Positions 12,860 through 25,510 of a DNA stretch of 64,000 nucleotides are shown here, piece by piece. The position numbers and the translations under genes are program-made. How positions within the stretch are numbered: the first letter of the stretch is position 1; the number at the start of each line of letters is the position of its first letter. The stretch is taken from the NCBI RefSeq assembly GCF_006345805.1, contig NC_043000.1, positions 87,544,001-87,608,000 on the forward strand, written 5' to 3'. This DNA is from Octopus sinensis. Taxonomy: Eukaryota. The notes under the pieces were generated by a model. The model did not search any database. It was not told the DNA's origin and saw nothing but the letters and a program-made list of their open reading frames with translations.

Positions 12860-13470
12860 TGGTTTAAAATTGTAACAAAGCTTTTGAGAAAGCTTGTGAG
12901 AAATTAATAGAGAGTTCAATGAAAAATTATTATGCATTCAGTAAGACTTGAATGGTATCCACAAAGATTTAAAGAGTGGGTTATAATGATTTGATAAACA
13001 TTTTATGGTGAGTATGAGAAGAAATCAAGGATTTCTTATAACAAATTGCATCTTTATATAAACTGATCAACAATTTACCAAGTGAACTCTCAGTCAGTAG
13101 ATGTGATATCAGAGTCAGTCGAAGTACATTGAGAAATAGATAGACGCGTTTTTGAATATGAAGAACACACAAAGCCATTAACTGTTGCAATTATTCAGTT
13201 TCTGTGAGACGGCCTGAGAAGTTATGCAATAAGGTAGTAAGGAGAGAAAGAAAGTGAAGATTTGGAAAAGTAGGAATGATGAAAAATATAAAGCCAAGAA
13301 GAAGCTAGAAGAGATGGTATCAGGAAAGGATAATTTTAATGAAAGAATCAGCTTATGAAACACGCAAAAACGTGAGAACGAAAAGCAGATAGCAAACCAG
13401 AAAATTAGATTTTGTGAGTTATGAAAGGCAACTTTATACGATGAGTGGTTTGTTAAAAGGTATTTCAAGA
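12860..13470 (+). mobile_element. Highly decayed RTE-type LINE reverse-transcriptase remnant
   Basis: Traces of the FEKA..NRE and GIH motifs; many stops. Confidence 0.35.
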
Positions 13471-14620
13471 TGAAATAATTAAGATCTTAGAATAGGAATG
13501 TAAAGTGTTTTATTGAAGTGAATAGAAACATTAATTGCACGTAAGCAAAACCTACGATTTAAAGGATAAAACCATAAATAACTTCTTAAAGAGGCGATTA
13601 TTTCCTAAATATATCAAAAGGGCGTGTTTACTATATGAGAAAATAACATATTCGAAACTTTCTAAAATGACATGAAAAGGTAGAATCTAATGCAAATAGA
13701 AAAGATGATCAGAGAATTTTACAAATGAATAATCGACGCAGTTAAATCATTTGATAACTTTTAAGGTATACGGTTGATAGTAGAAGTTACTGTGGTTTTA
13801 ACATGGTCAGGACTGTTGTACACTAACCACCTCGTGCAGCTCAAGTTAGAACCAGAGCCTGGATTTAATCACAAATATGATTAAGAAGCTTAATTAATTT
13901 GCTCTCATGTTGAGAATTTCTTCCTACCGTTTTCAGACAACACAAGAACTTAAACACTGACAGTTATTGAAACGCTTATCACAGCAATGAAGTTGCTATT
14001 TATAAATGGAAAGTATTGTTATTAGCGTTGTTTAATCCCAGCCCAGCTCTAATCAAGTAGATTTTCAAACTGTTTCTTTTATTTTTCAAATACAATCTAT
14101 GTAGAATTCTGTTACGTTGTATTCAGTTTTAAGGTCGTAGCGTGTAGTTTAAGAGATATCTGGCGGTTATTTCTAGCAGTTCGAATAAATATGTAGGAAC
14201 CTTCCCATTGTCTTTCTAGAAGTATTACCAATAATGTCTGTTTACTATTAAGGTAACATTGATTTGGCTATGGAAAAATCGCGTCTATCAACCCAGTCAA
14301 TTACGACTGTACACTATACATTTTTGATAATTAGCTAGTAAAAATTATTTTTCTTTTTGGTTAAATTTTACTGCTATAACTTCATCTATTACTTTAACTT
14401 CTAAGGGTATGCACAACCACTTATCTAGATCCGTGTAGTTTATATCTAATTAGAAAATAATTATGTTTATATGGTACTAGAGTATCCTTGGGTAATATTT
14501 AGTTCTAAAGCAAACCAAATCCTTTTTGGCATTCCTAAGAAAGGAGCGAAGGTCATATTTAAGTTACTCACATCTACACGTCTGAGGTAAAATAACTTAA
14601 TATATAAGTTATATCATATA

Positions 14621-16679
14621 CTAGCTGAATTATCCGGCGCTCTCCGGATTAGTGCTGTTATTATTCAGATTAGTAAATAATAAATATGAAGATATATATT
14701 TTTTTCACATAATTATTCCAAAATATTTTATTTTAAAATACCCAACTTGCAATGATAATAGAATTTCGAACTGAAAATCTGTCAATCTTGAAGCACATCA
14801 ATTAAATAATATTCATTGTGTAATTTTTCGTTAATATCCAAATGAATAAACTGTTGCTGCTTCCAACTCGTGAGCAACCAACATAAAGTTGGCCGTGGGA
14901 GAAGCATGTAGTAGAGAGATGAAGTCCAACTACCTTGAGGGATTGACCGTGATATTTTTAAACTGAAATATGAAAAGATAGTTTGACTGGAAACTGAAGC
15001 CTCTTAAATTCAAATGGAACATCTGTAGGTATGAGAGAAAATTTTGGAATAAAGACGTTTTCTTTTTTGTGACTAACTGACATTATTGTTGCTTGTAGGA
15101 CATGGGAGGTTCATGGAAGTAACAATTAAGTGAGTTCCATTACACAGGCGAGTGGGTCAAGATTCATAAGTAACATAATGGGAGCATTCAGCTTTAGTGT
15201 CAGATTATGCGGTGGCATCGCAGTGGATTTAAGTGTGTTCAGAAATTCAAACAAGGTATTGAACTGCCTAATCTTGATCGACTGTTGTGTAAATTGATGG
15301 AAAAGTCATTTCTGTTGTATCTATTAACTTTTGAATTTCATAATGAGTTTATCAACCGTTTCATTAGTTGGAGCTAGCATAGCTCTTTGACATAGCCAAT
15401 TTACATCAATGTAATTGGCAATCGCACATACACTGACACATATATATACCCTCTCATATACACTGACACACACACATATACTATCACATACACTCATATA
15501 TATATATATATATACTAAGACAAACACACAAGACATACATTTACGTAACGAACGCGCAAACACGCACACACACTCATATACAAAATGTGTCGTCGTGGTG
15601 GTGGTGGAATAAAATGTCCTTTACTACTTCGTACGTAACGAACGCACAAACACACACACAGAAACAGATACATACACACTCATATACAAAATGTGACGTC
15701 GTGGTGGTGGCATAAAATGTCCTGTACTATAGTTGACCATAGAAAGATTATTTTCGAAAAAATGTTATATTATTTTAATCCAAATGAAAATGAAAATTAC
15801 ATGTTAACACACGCAGTGTCTAATACTATTACCTTGTAAAATTCGATTTGATTTATCTTGTATCGATTATTTAAATTTGTGAGCTTAAAGTATTCAATAA
15901 TAAAAGGGTATTAATAAAGTAAATTTTCTCGAAAACTTCGGTTTATAAAAACTTTGACTTGCTTAATGTATATTTCTTCCAGTAATTTATCGTAGTTGTA
16001 ATGTATCTTTAATTCAAACAAACTTCAAGGTAATCAAACTAAGTTTAGCGTGCTAGAAGTAGCATCGAGCACAGTTATTATTGTAAGGTTTATAGCGTTC
16101 CAAACAAAAGTACCAACAAAATCACTTAAAAGAGTTTATACCGGTATATTGAGAAATTTTCATTTTATCAAAAATATTCAGTAAACAAACTCTGGAAACT
16201 GATATAATTATAAGCCTCAAAGTTATGCAGCTATTTTGTCTAACAACATTTATTCATTCAATAACTAATTTTTAAAAATTACCTATATAGAATAAACTGT
16301 GGGGTTTGAAAATAGTGAATTAAACTTGAATTGAAAACATTGAAATGAATATATATTGAATTATCGTGAATGAAAATACAGGCGAGAGAGAGTGAGAGAC
16401 CGTTGCAAATGAAATCAGATAATTTCGCCTGCAATGAATATTGCTTATTAAACATTAAAATCTAGTCCGCAGTGAATGCAACGAATATTTAAATTTCGAA
16501 AATTTCGAATATTTAAATTTCAAATATTCAATAAACTTCACAAATTGAAATTACAGGAAATTTCTTGGAACATGAATTCATAAAAAAAATTCCAGACAGT
16601 CAAGCCTTTAATAATTACTTTCTTTTAGTAACTGTAGCGTACCTAATTTAATAAGCAGCTTTCTCCATTATTATATAGA
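14621..16679 (-). mobile_element. Non-autonomous Helitron, complete termini (about 2.06 kb)
   Basis: Minus strand starts TCTATATAATAA (16679) and ends hairpin ATCCGG-agagcg-CCGGAT + 7 nt + CTAG (14621); inserted between A and T; internal helicase remnant. Confidence 0.9.
14845..15420 (-). pseudogene. Helitron PIF1-like helicase C-terminal remnant
   Basis: WLCQRAMLAPTNETVD; EFLNTLKSTAMPPHNLTLKLNAPIMLLMNLDP; VFIPKFSLIPTDVPFEFKRLQFPVKLSF; GQSLKVVGLHL..CFSHGQLYVGCSRVG, with frameshifts. Confidence 0.9.
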
Positions 16680-16880
16680 TGTGTCATCGGGATCTAGAGG
16701 GAAGAGTCAATGAAGAATGAGGAAGGGGAGACTGACAAGACGCTGACTGGATGACATAAAAAAAATGAACCGGAAGAACTTTGGCTGAATACACAACCAT
16801 GGCCAAAGGAGGGAATCGATGGAGTGAGATAGTGCATGAATCCATGAATCTCGACAGTCAGTAATGAGGATAGGAATTAA
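16680..16880 (+). mobile_element. RTE-type LINE 3' end fragment
   Basis: Translates to a decayed EG..RRGR..RRWLDDIK..TGRTLAE.TTMA..NRW C-terminus typical of RTE ORFs. Confidence 0.65.
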
Positions 16881-17419
16881 AAAGGTAGAATAAATTGCAG
16901 TAAATAAAACTATAAGTAAATATCATTCAAGTAATATTTTAATTGCCTTTATTTTGAATTTACAATTATATTAGAGACAGTATTACTTAACGCTAAATTT
17001 CAGTTACCATTAGATATAGATATATAACATTTCTTGTCATAACACCAGTTTATGATGTCGTTATATTCTGATACCTTTCCTGGTATACTTTATCTCTGGA
17101 ATGGTTGTAGCGAAAACATCTTTGATTTTTAATTTCTGCAATTTTATTTTAATTATTTTTTTGTGGTTATACTTTTCTCTCAACGCCGTTGCAAAGTTTT
17201 GTATTTTAAGTGGCAATCAGTCGACGTCAGCTTAGTTTACTCACATCACTAAAGTTCTTTCGAACGTTGTAAACGTTAACAAAAATCCTGCTTGAAAAAA
17301 GAAGCGAGTTAACAGAAAGAGTGGAGCACCGAAATAAATGTACTGTAATACTTAATCTCGCCACTTATGCATTAATTTGAAGTCCTATAAGGACCAATAT
17401 GTCTTTATTCTATGGGTGT

Positions 17420-17735
17420 GAAGGCGCGTGGCTTTGTATGACTTAGTGGTTAGGGTATTCAGCTCACAATCATCAACTCGTGAGTTCGATTTCTGGCAGT
17501 GCGCCGTGTCCTTCAGGTTTCTCCAGACCACTCAGCTGGCAAAAATGTGTAGTACCTGTAATTCAAAGGTCTGGCCTTAACGCATTCTGTGTCACGCTGA
17601 ATCTTCCTGAGAACTACGTTAAGGATACGCATGTCTGTAGAGTGTTCAGCCACTTGCTCGTTAATTTCACCAGCACGCCATTCTGTCGATCGGATCAACT
17701 GGAACACTCGTCGTCGTAACCGACGAAGTGCCAAT
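17420..17735 (+). mobile_element. tRNA-derived SINE, family C
   Basis: gaaggcgcgtggct..tagtggttagggtattc (A-box) and gagttcgatttc (B-box), followed by a non-tRNA body. Confidence 0.7.
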
Positions 17736-18227
17736 TAATTCTATCAGAGCCATTAACATAAATACCGGTACTATGATTTCTACAATATTTTAATAGAAAT
17801 TGTGTAACTGACTTAACCTGCTTCAGTAATTTTGTGGTCCTTACTATGTCGACAACAAGAAGAGGAAGTGTACACGTAAACCCGAACAGCATTCGAACTT
17901 CGATCGCAAAGAGACATATACATATAAATACCGAATAAAATATGTTCTTGATTCTAGTCAAGATAAATCAACATTTTAATGAGCCATGAAAAGAGACAGA
18001 CACAATCTCCTGGTAACTTAAATCCTTGATGCGATTCCATAATTAGTTGAAGACGTCTGATTTCCCTTATATCACCAATGAACGCCAAAATTTCCAGCCT
18101 TTAAGTTTTTCCACACCCAAACAAGCTGATTTATTTATTTTTTGGACTTGGAAACGAAAAGAGAAAAAAGATTAGGAGAAGAAATTGGTGAATCATACAC
18201 AATATATCTCCGCAAAGAATATATATA

Positions 18228-18260
<33 letters not shown>

Positions 18261-18713
18261 GTGTGTGTGTGTGTGTGTGTGTATGAATATAAAACGTTTA
18301 TATCATTATTCAGAAAGGAAACGAGGGTAAATGTTAGAGGGAGAGAGAGAGAAAGAATAAGAGGGAAAGAGAGACAGAGAGAGAGGGAGAGAGAGAGAGA
18401 CAGAGAGAAAACTAAAAATCTATCTTATAGGTCAACAAATTATTTTTCACTTCATGAGACTTCAAGTGAATTAATGAGGAGAAAAACAGTTTACCAAATA
18501 TAAATGTAAAACCACGCGGATGCATTCGTTATATAGTATTCATACACTTAGCAGACACACAACCACATTCACCTTGAAATAGATCGTACATATATGTATA
18601 CATACATACATTCACGCATACATGCATAGAAATATATACATATACTTATACATATATATATACATATATGTGTGTGTATAAGTATATGTATATATAAGTA
18701 TATATATATATAC

Positions 18714-18750
<37 letters not shown>

Positions 18751-18793
18751 TATATATATATATATAAGTATATATACTTATATATATATATAA

Positions 18794-18841
<48 letters not shown>

Positions 18842-18844
18842 TTA

Positions 18845-18911
<67 letters not shown>

Positions 18912-18981
18912 ATATATATATAAGTACATATATATATGCACACAGATTTATGTGGGGATTTTTATATATGTATTATATATG

Positions 18982-19057
<76 letters not shown>

Positions 19058-19629
19058 CGGACGTGACGCAATAAAATAGATATAGATATTGTAGCAAATA
19101 AAGAAAACGAAAGAGTTAGACAATCTATTACTAGACGGTTTGCAAAATTATTTTTCGGATGATTTATTTATTATTTATGCCTAGACATAACACTTATGGC
19201 TATATTCAGAAGTAGAATATATAAATGTTACATTTATTTGAGAGACAAATCTATCTCACTGTCGCATTTATGATGACGCATTTGCATTTAACATTGTCAA
19301 ATATAAAAATTACTATGACAACATGTAGAAAAAAATAAACGAATTTTTCTTTACATTCTTCTGATCTTTACACCTACATACAGGATGTGGAGGGTGGATT
19401 CTGTTGAGGAAAAACAAAAGAAGAAATTCTAGTGTTTCATGTTTTTGATTTCTTTTGAAACTTTTTGTTTGAAAACTATATTTTACATAACTTTTAAAAT
19501 CGAAAAGTCATAATCACCACATATATTCAGTATTCAATCATTTCTATAGGATCCAGAATCTAATAGGTGAACATATTTGATTAAAAAGATATCATAAGAT
19601 CTACTGTATCGCAGCATAAGTGTTTTAGC

Positions 19630-20020
19630 TAGGCGTGGCTGATTTATAAGGAGCTTTCTTTCCAACCACATGGTTCCGTGTTCAGTACCACTACGTAACA
19701 CCTTGGACAAGTGTCTTCTACTATAGGCTCGGGCTGACCAAACCTTGTCAGTGAATTTGGTAGACGGAAACTGAAAGAAACCCCTCGTATATATATGTAT
19801 ATATGTCATAGTTGTGTGTGTGTGTGTGTCTATGTTTTTCCCCCACCATCGTTTGACAACCAATGTTGATGTGTTTACGTACCCTTAACTTAGCGGTTCG
19901 GTAAAAGAGACCGACAGAATTAGTACTAGTCTTATGAATAATAAGTCCTGTGATCGATTTGTTCGACTAAAGGCGGTTCTACAGCACGGCCGCAGTCGAA
20001 TGACTGAAACAAGTAAAAGA
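19630..20020 (+). mobile_element. tRNA-derived SINE, family B
   Basis: Homologous along its length to 12411-12806 and 58054-58466; tail aaggcggttctacagcacggccgcagtc. Confidence 0.85.
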
Positions 20021-20078
20021 ATACACAAACAGATCTATTATAAATATACTTGTATCTATAAGCGTATACATGCGTATA

Positions 20079-20114
<36 letters not shown>

Positions 20115-20924
20115 CGCGCGTATGTATGTATTTATATGTCTGTATGTGAATTAGTAGTAACATTGCGTAAACAAGGCTAAAAGAAGGATGGTCAATGCAA
20201 ATTTTAATGATACGTTTATTGGAAGAATATTAATTCCTTATCCGTTACTCCGATCGGGAACGATAATCTGGTGGGTAACAATAAGTGAAGATTCTTGCTT
20301 CTGGTATATATATATATATATATTATTGCAATTGCATATATCATAGCAATATCTACAAATATAAAAGTTAGGCTTATAGATAATAAAATGGGGTACTTAC
20401 AATTCACCTTCCGCCGAGAGCGACTTATCCTGACAAATTCATTGGAGTTTACACCAACAACATCATGTGCATTTATTGCTTATGAATGTGGTTACGGCAT
20501 AAGTCATGGTGCATCCGAAACAGCTGTCAAGATAAGACTGTTACATAACTCCTTTTGTTTACTTTATTCTGTACTGTGTATATTGTATTCCATATAAATA
20601 GAGGAATTAAGCCTACTAGTGGTTTCCACCTCCTACGACAATATTAATTAGACAAAAATGGTTCTTAAATCTAATTTAGTGCAAGAGGCACTAGTCTCTG
20701 TGGAAAGAGCTGGAGACTATCTTCTCATCCGTCTAAGCACTACTCTGTAATACATATACCACAAAGTGAGAGAATAGGTGTTTACTCCATTAGTTGCCAG
20801 CTGTTTCGTAAACTGTTTTAGTTACATAAGCGGCGCTACATGATCAGCAATTTCACATATATAAATGAATATACACATAAATATAATATGAATATATATA
20901 TATATATATATATGTATATACACA

Positions 20925-21490
20925 CATTCAAGGAAGCTTTACATAGCGTCGTATGGTTATCGACTGCTATTTCCAGCAAAAATTGGTACCTTGTTGCGCC
21001 ATTATTCCCTATATATATATATATATTTATTTTTAAAATTTTATTTTATTTTATCTAGTTTCAGCTCACGAGCTCTGGCCATGCTGGGGCACCGCCATTT
21101 GGTGTTGCTACATGATTTTACTTCACGAATGCTTTTTAGCAATTGCCATTTGATGCATGAGAGAGTTCGATGCAGCTGCCCTCATCTGCACCCCCTGCCG
21201 TGTAGTTGGTTCATCTGGGACACCTGACAGGAAGAGATCCAGTTTTATTTTAAAGACATCTGCATCCACCCCATTCAGGTCTCTCAGGTTCTTCGGGAGG
21301 ATATTGAAGAGCTGTGGGCGTCTGAAGCCCAGGCTGTCACAGTATCTTGTCCTACATCTTGATGGCAAATTTGGAGTCCTTGACACTACAATATGCAGTG
21401 GCGCCCAGTTCTAGCATTTGTGTAACTCTCGATCCTTCTAGGATCTTCCAGATGTATATTATGGCATATCTTTCTCGCCTACGCTCTAAG

Positions 21491-21532
<42 letters not shown>

Positions 21533-21617
21533 GAAATAATACCACAACAAGGTACCAATATTTGCAGGAAATAGCAGTCCATAACCGTACGACGCTATGT
21601 AAAGCTTCACTGAATGT
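20925..21617. repeat. About 90-bp inverted repeat pair (20925-21012 / 21530-21617)
   Basis: acattcaaggaagctttacatagcgtcgtatggttatcgactgctatttcc.. recurs in reverse complement; ORF track shows EALHSVV.L.TAIS.K.WYLV on both strands. Confidence 0.85.
21050..21492 (-). mobile_element. CR1/L2-type LINE 3' end
   Basis: SLERRRERYAIIYIWKILEG and QLFNILPKNLRDL..FKIKLDLFLSGVPDEP..SNSL, then 3' tail ggcggtgccccagcatggcc..ctgaaac. Confidence 0.85.
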
Positions 21618-21944
21618 ATAGAAACAAAGATGTATGCGGGCGGTGAACATAGAAAAAATGTTCGTCTTATCTCCAGAAAAAACGCCAGAGAAATGGACGA
21701 CCATTACGGTGCTTTATTTCGCTGGAAAATAATACTGTTGTTTTGTAATAATATCTATAATTTATATTTATATATTTTGTTTACAAAACCGGAGGCTTGA
21801 TAAGTTAATGAGGAAAAGCGACTACTAAAGTATTTTTTATACAATAATAACTATACAATAATGTAGCATGATATTAATATATATACTCCGATTAAAGCGA
21901 CATCCATTTAAACAATTCACGGAAAAACAATGAGCTAACTTCCC

Positions 21945-22207
21945 AGGACTTATTCTTTGTAAGCCTAGTACTTATTCTATCGGTCTCTTTTTCCGAACCG
22001 TTAAGTTATGGGGACGTAAACACAACTGCATCGGTTGTCAAGCGATGGTGGGGCGACAAACACACAAACATACATATACATACAAGGCTTTGGTCGGCCC
22101 GAGGTTATAGTAGAAGACACTTACCCAAGGTGCCACGCAGTGGGACCGGTCCTGGAACCATGTGATTGGGAGGCAAGCTTCTTACCACACAGCCACTCCT
22201 GTACCTA
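21945..22207 (-). mobile_element. tRNA-derived SINE, family B (internal deletion)
   Basis: Head taggtacaggagtggctgtgtggtaagaagcttg on the minus strand; abuts the tRNA-Glu copy. Confidence 0.85.
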
Positions 22208-22274
22208 TGTGGTCTAGTGGTTAGGATTCCTGGCTTTCACCTAGGCGGCCCGGGTTCGATTCCCGGCATGTGAA
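22203..22274 (+). tRNA. tRNA-Glu(TTC)-derived gene, probably a pseudogene (acceptor stem damaged)
   Basis: 72 nt; D arm gtct-agtggtt-agga, anticodon stem cctgg/ctagg with loop ctTTCac, perfect T arm ccggg-ttcgatt-cccgg; acceptor accTATG/CATGtga has two mismatches and one G:U. Confidence 0.8.
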
Positions 22275-22442
22275 CGTTTGTTTATTGTATTTTGAAGAGA
22301 TATTTCTTCAATGAATATATTATATAAGATATCATAAAATATCAAATATTAATATCGAGTTTGAAAACAGAGAGATGTAATTAATTAACATCCACATATG
22401 CATATGGTAAAGGAAAGACGGAAGATACGAGAATTTTTATTA

Positions 22443-22548
22443 ATCACTACAATTGTTTCGACACATCTAGCATCGATCTCTCACGGGTGTGATACTTAAC
22501 TGCTGGTTCAGGAGAATCCGATGGTGCAGATGTGTCTCTTCTGGTGAT
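22443..22548 (-). ncRNA. Type I hammerhead ribozyme motif, Penelope-type minimal, with U4A core change
   Basis: ATCAC-CAGAAGA-GACACATCT..AGATGTGTC-GAAA-CAATTG-TA-GTGAT: 5-bp stem I, 9-bp stem II, palindromic ACAATTGT stem III, GUA site. Confidence 0.7.
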
Positions 22549-22648
22549 AAATAGATATAACTTATTAAAACAGTTCTGTAATGTATCTTCTCATTTCGTG
22601 TAAAAAAAAAGCAGCAAATTAAATGATATATCTTCATTTATACACACA

Positions 22649-22757
<109 letters not shown>

Positions 22758-22822
22758 GAGTGAGTAGACAAACGAAAGAAGGGTGCTCAACACATTTATC
22801 GCACTCTGAGTTACATGTATAG

Positions 22823-23110
22823 CGACTAAACCGGCAACCCCACCAAGCTTGGTTGGTGAGGAGGGTGTTTATTGGACACCCTGCGGGATGAAAAACAAAA
22901 CCCGTCAAAGGGCGGAGGAACTCTTGAGAGTCAACGGCCACCCAATAAGGCTGTATCATGCGCGGGGACATAGAAATAATCGGACTGAATACCCGATCGC
23001 GCGGTTAAACCACTGGGAGTGAAGGACTCCTAGCCTTTGTTAGGGCATCCTTCTAGGAGAATGTAACTCAGGTAACTGGGATAACTCCGACATAAAACCT
23101 GCGGCTCAGT
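22823..23110 (+). mobile_element. LINE 5' leader fragment
   Basis: 22823-22944 aligns by eye with the minus strand of 44028-44156 (cgactaaaccg..accaagc..gggtg..ctgc.gga.gaaaaa..gtcaacggcca.ccaa). Confidence 0.6.
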
Positions 23111-23934
23111 GGTTACCTATGATGTTGACTTGTTCTTCTTTTCGGATTATGACTGCTGTTGCTTAGTGAGTAGGATTGACTCAGTGCACAGCCTTTCCTC
23201 ACTTTAAAAAAATCTTCTTGCACAGACATTGCACGATAACAAAATTGATTAAGCTTCGTGCAATGGCCATACTCGATAGCGAGGGGGCAGCCACCATACA
23301 TTCCTATAAATATATTCCCATAAATTTAATTGTACTGTAACATAACGAATAAACTACACTTCAGAACTTTTCATGGCAGTTACATATATGATCATAAGAT
23401 GCTTTCCAATCTCAACTTATACTATCAGCTACATCGGCTTCTTTGTGTAGATCTTATATATTTTGTGTTCGTAATTATTATAAGCCTTGCTAGTTCTATA
23501 CTTTATCTTGTCATTTTATCGTTTAGTGAATGATCTCTTTCACATAGAAAACTTTGATTACTACATAAAAGACCTAACACACTCTCTTTCTCTCTCACAC
23601 ACACATACACTCACACACGCGCACGGACACACACTACTCTATCTCTATCTCTCTTTTTACAAGCTTCCTCTCTCTGTTTCTTTTCTCTATCTACGAAATA
23701 CTGTCGATTATAAATTGCTTGTTCATGACCTTTAGATCTGGGTTTGTAAATATATTTTCTATACACATCACATATAGCCAAAAGAATCTAAACACATCCA
23801 AAGACATCCATCCATCCATCCATCCATCCATACATACATACATACATACATACATTCAAACATACATACACACACACATACACACACACACACACACAAA
23901 CACATATGCAAACATGCATACATATAAACTTAGA

Positions 23935-25510
23935 CTTAGTTATGTTTCGACCAAAGATTGGTTCAGGCCATGTCTAACTTAATAGTACCACCTGATAGGA
24001 TTATCTAAATCCTGTTTGAGTCAAGTTTTGTTTATGGTCCATTCAAGTAGTGAGTTCTTGTTGAGTGAGTTGTATCCAGGTATGGGTGACTTAGGTCCAG
24101 ACTCCGTTTAAAGGACAATGTTAAACAGGGCAGGGCCTGTTGAGGAAAAGAAATTATGTCGCAGTGTACCTATTATGCTGTGATCTTGAATTAGGCAGGG
24201 GATTATGGCCCGTGGTCCTAGCCTTGGATGAACCTTGAAACTAATGTTCAGGTCGTTTGGGCAATGCTGGCGGTATATTCTCCACTTCGTACAAATGATG
24301 TACCGCTCGCGGCGGCGCTGGAGAGAATTGAGTTTCAAGGCTTTAAGGCGGTCCCAATAATCGAGATCAGTCATGCCTTCAATTCGAGATGTTTTGTTTT
24401 GTATGGAGCGACCACAAGGGGCAGCAATATTCGAGGTGTGGCCGTACAAAGGAGGAGAAAAGTGGAATGATGACACCTTGTTCTTTGGACCGGAAGGTTC
24501 TTAAGATCCAGGAACTCATCCTACGAGCTATATCGACCTTATTGTTGATGTGGGTACTCCAACTGAGATTGTTATCTACAATTACACCCAGGTCTCTGGT
24601 ATTGTTAAATGCTGTGAGCGGTTCCCCTGAAGGAAGAGAGTATGGCTGTTTTAGTATAGACTTTCTTCCAAAATGCATCAGCTCAAATTTTCCCTCGTTC
24701 AGTTTCATTTTGTCTTTGTCTGCCCATTGACTCACCGAGTTGAGTTCGGTCATTTATGTAAATTATAAAGAGGAGCGGGCCCAAGACAGTCCCATGAGGG
24801 ACATCACTGGTGGATTTTGCTGGGCTTGAGTGGACTCTATCGACTACAACATGTGTTCTATACGCCAGGAAATACTTAATCTAGTGTAGAAGTTTTCCAC
24901 GGATTCCAACATTTGCCAAAATTTGAGAGTAGGATATTATGGTCAACCCTGTTGAACGCTTTACTGAAGTCAAGATATATGACATCAGAGTTCGAACCTG
25001 TTCCCAAGGCTTTAAATATATCTTCAATGTGGTGTAAGAGCTCTGATAGACAGTCCCTGCCACAGCGAAAGCCATGCTGATTTGCATTAAGGAGTTTGTG
25101 GGTCTCCAGGAAGTCAGCTATCCTTGATCTTACCACTTTTTCAAACACTTTAATAATGTGGGAGGTAAGTGAGATTGGGCGATAGTTGACTGCGAGGGAT
25201 CTGTTTCCCTGTTTGAAAACCGGGATGACAGACTGGGATAGGAGCTGTTTCGGTATATAACCTGAATATAAAGAATTTCTCCAGACTTTGGTCAGAGGGA
25301 GTGCAAGTTGGTGTCTACATTCCTTCAGGAGACTAGCGGGGAATCTATCAGGGCCTACAGCAGAATTGTATTTGAGCTCATTTATTGCTGCTATGATGTC
25401 TGAGGCAGTGAAGGTTATATCCGAGATTTTATGTTGGGAATCAACTTCGTTCGCTTCACTTACGTCAATATCAGTGGGATCACTAAAGACAGTGCAGTAT
25501 TGTTTCTGCA
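23935..25510 (-). mobile_element. CR1/L2-type LINE, RT pseudogene with internal deletion
   Basis: SAVGPDRFP..NYRPISLTSHIIKVFE..NQHGFR..DVIYLDFSKAFNRVDH; VPHGTVLGPLLFIIYIND joined directly to ELNSVSQWA (YADD segment deleted); RDLGVIVD; SLQRRRERYII. Confidence 0.9.
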
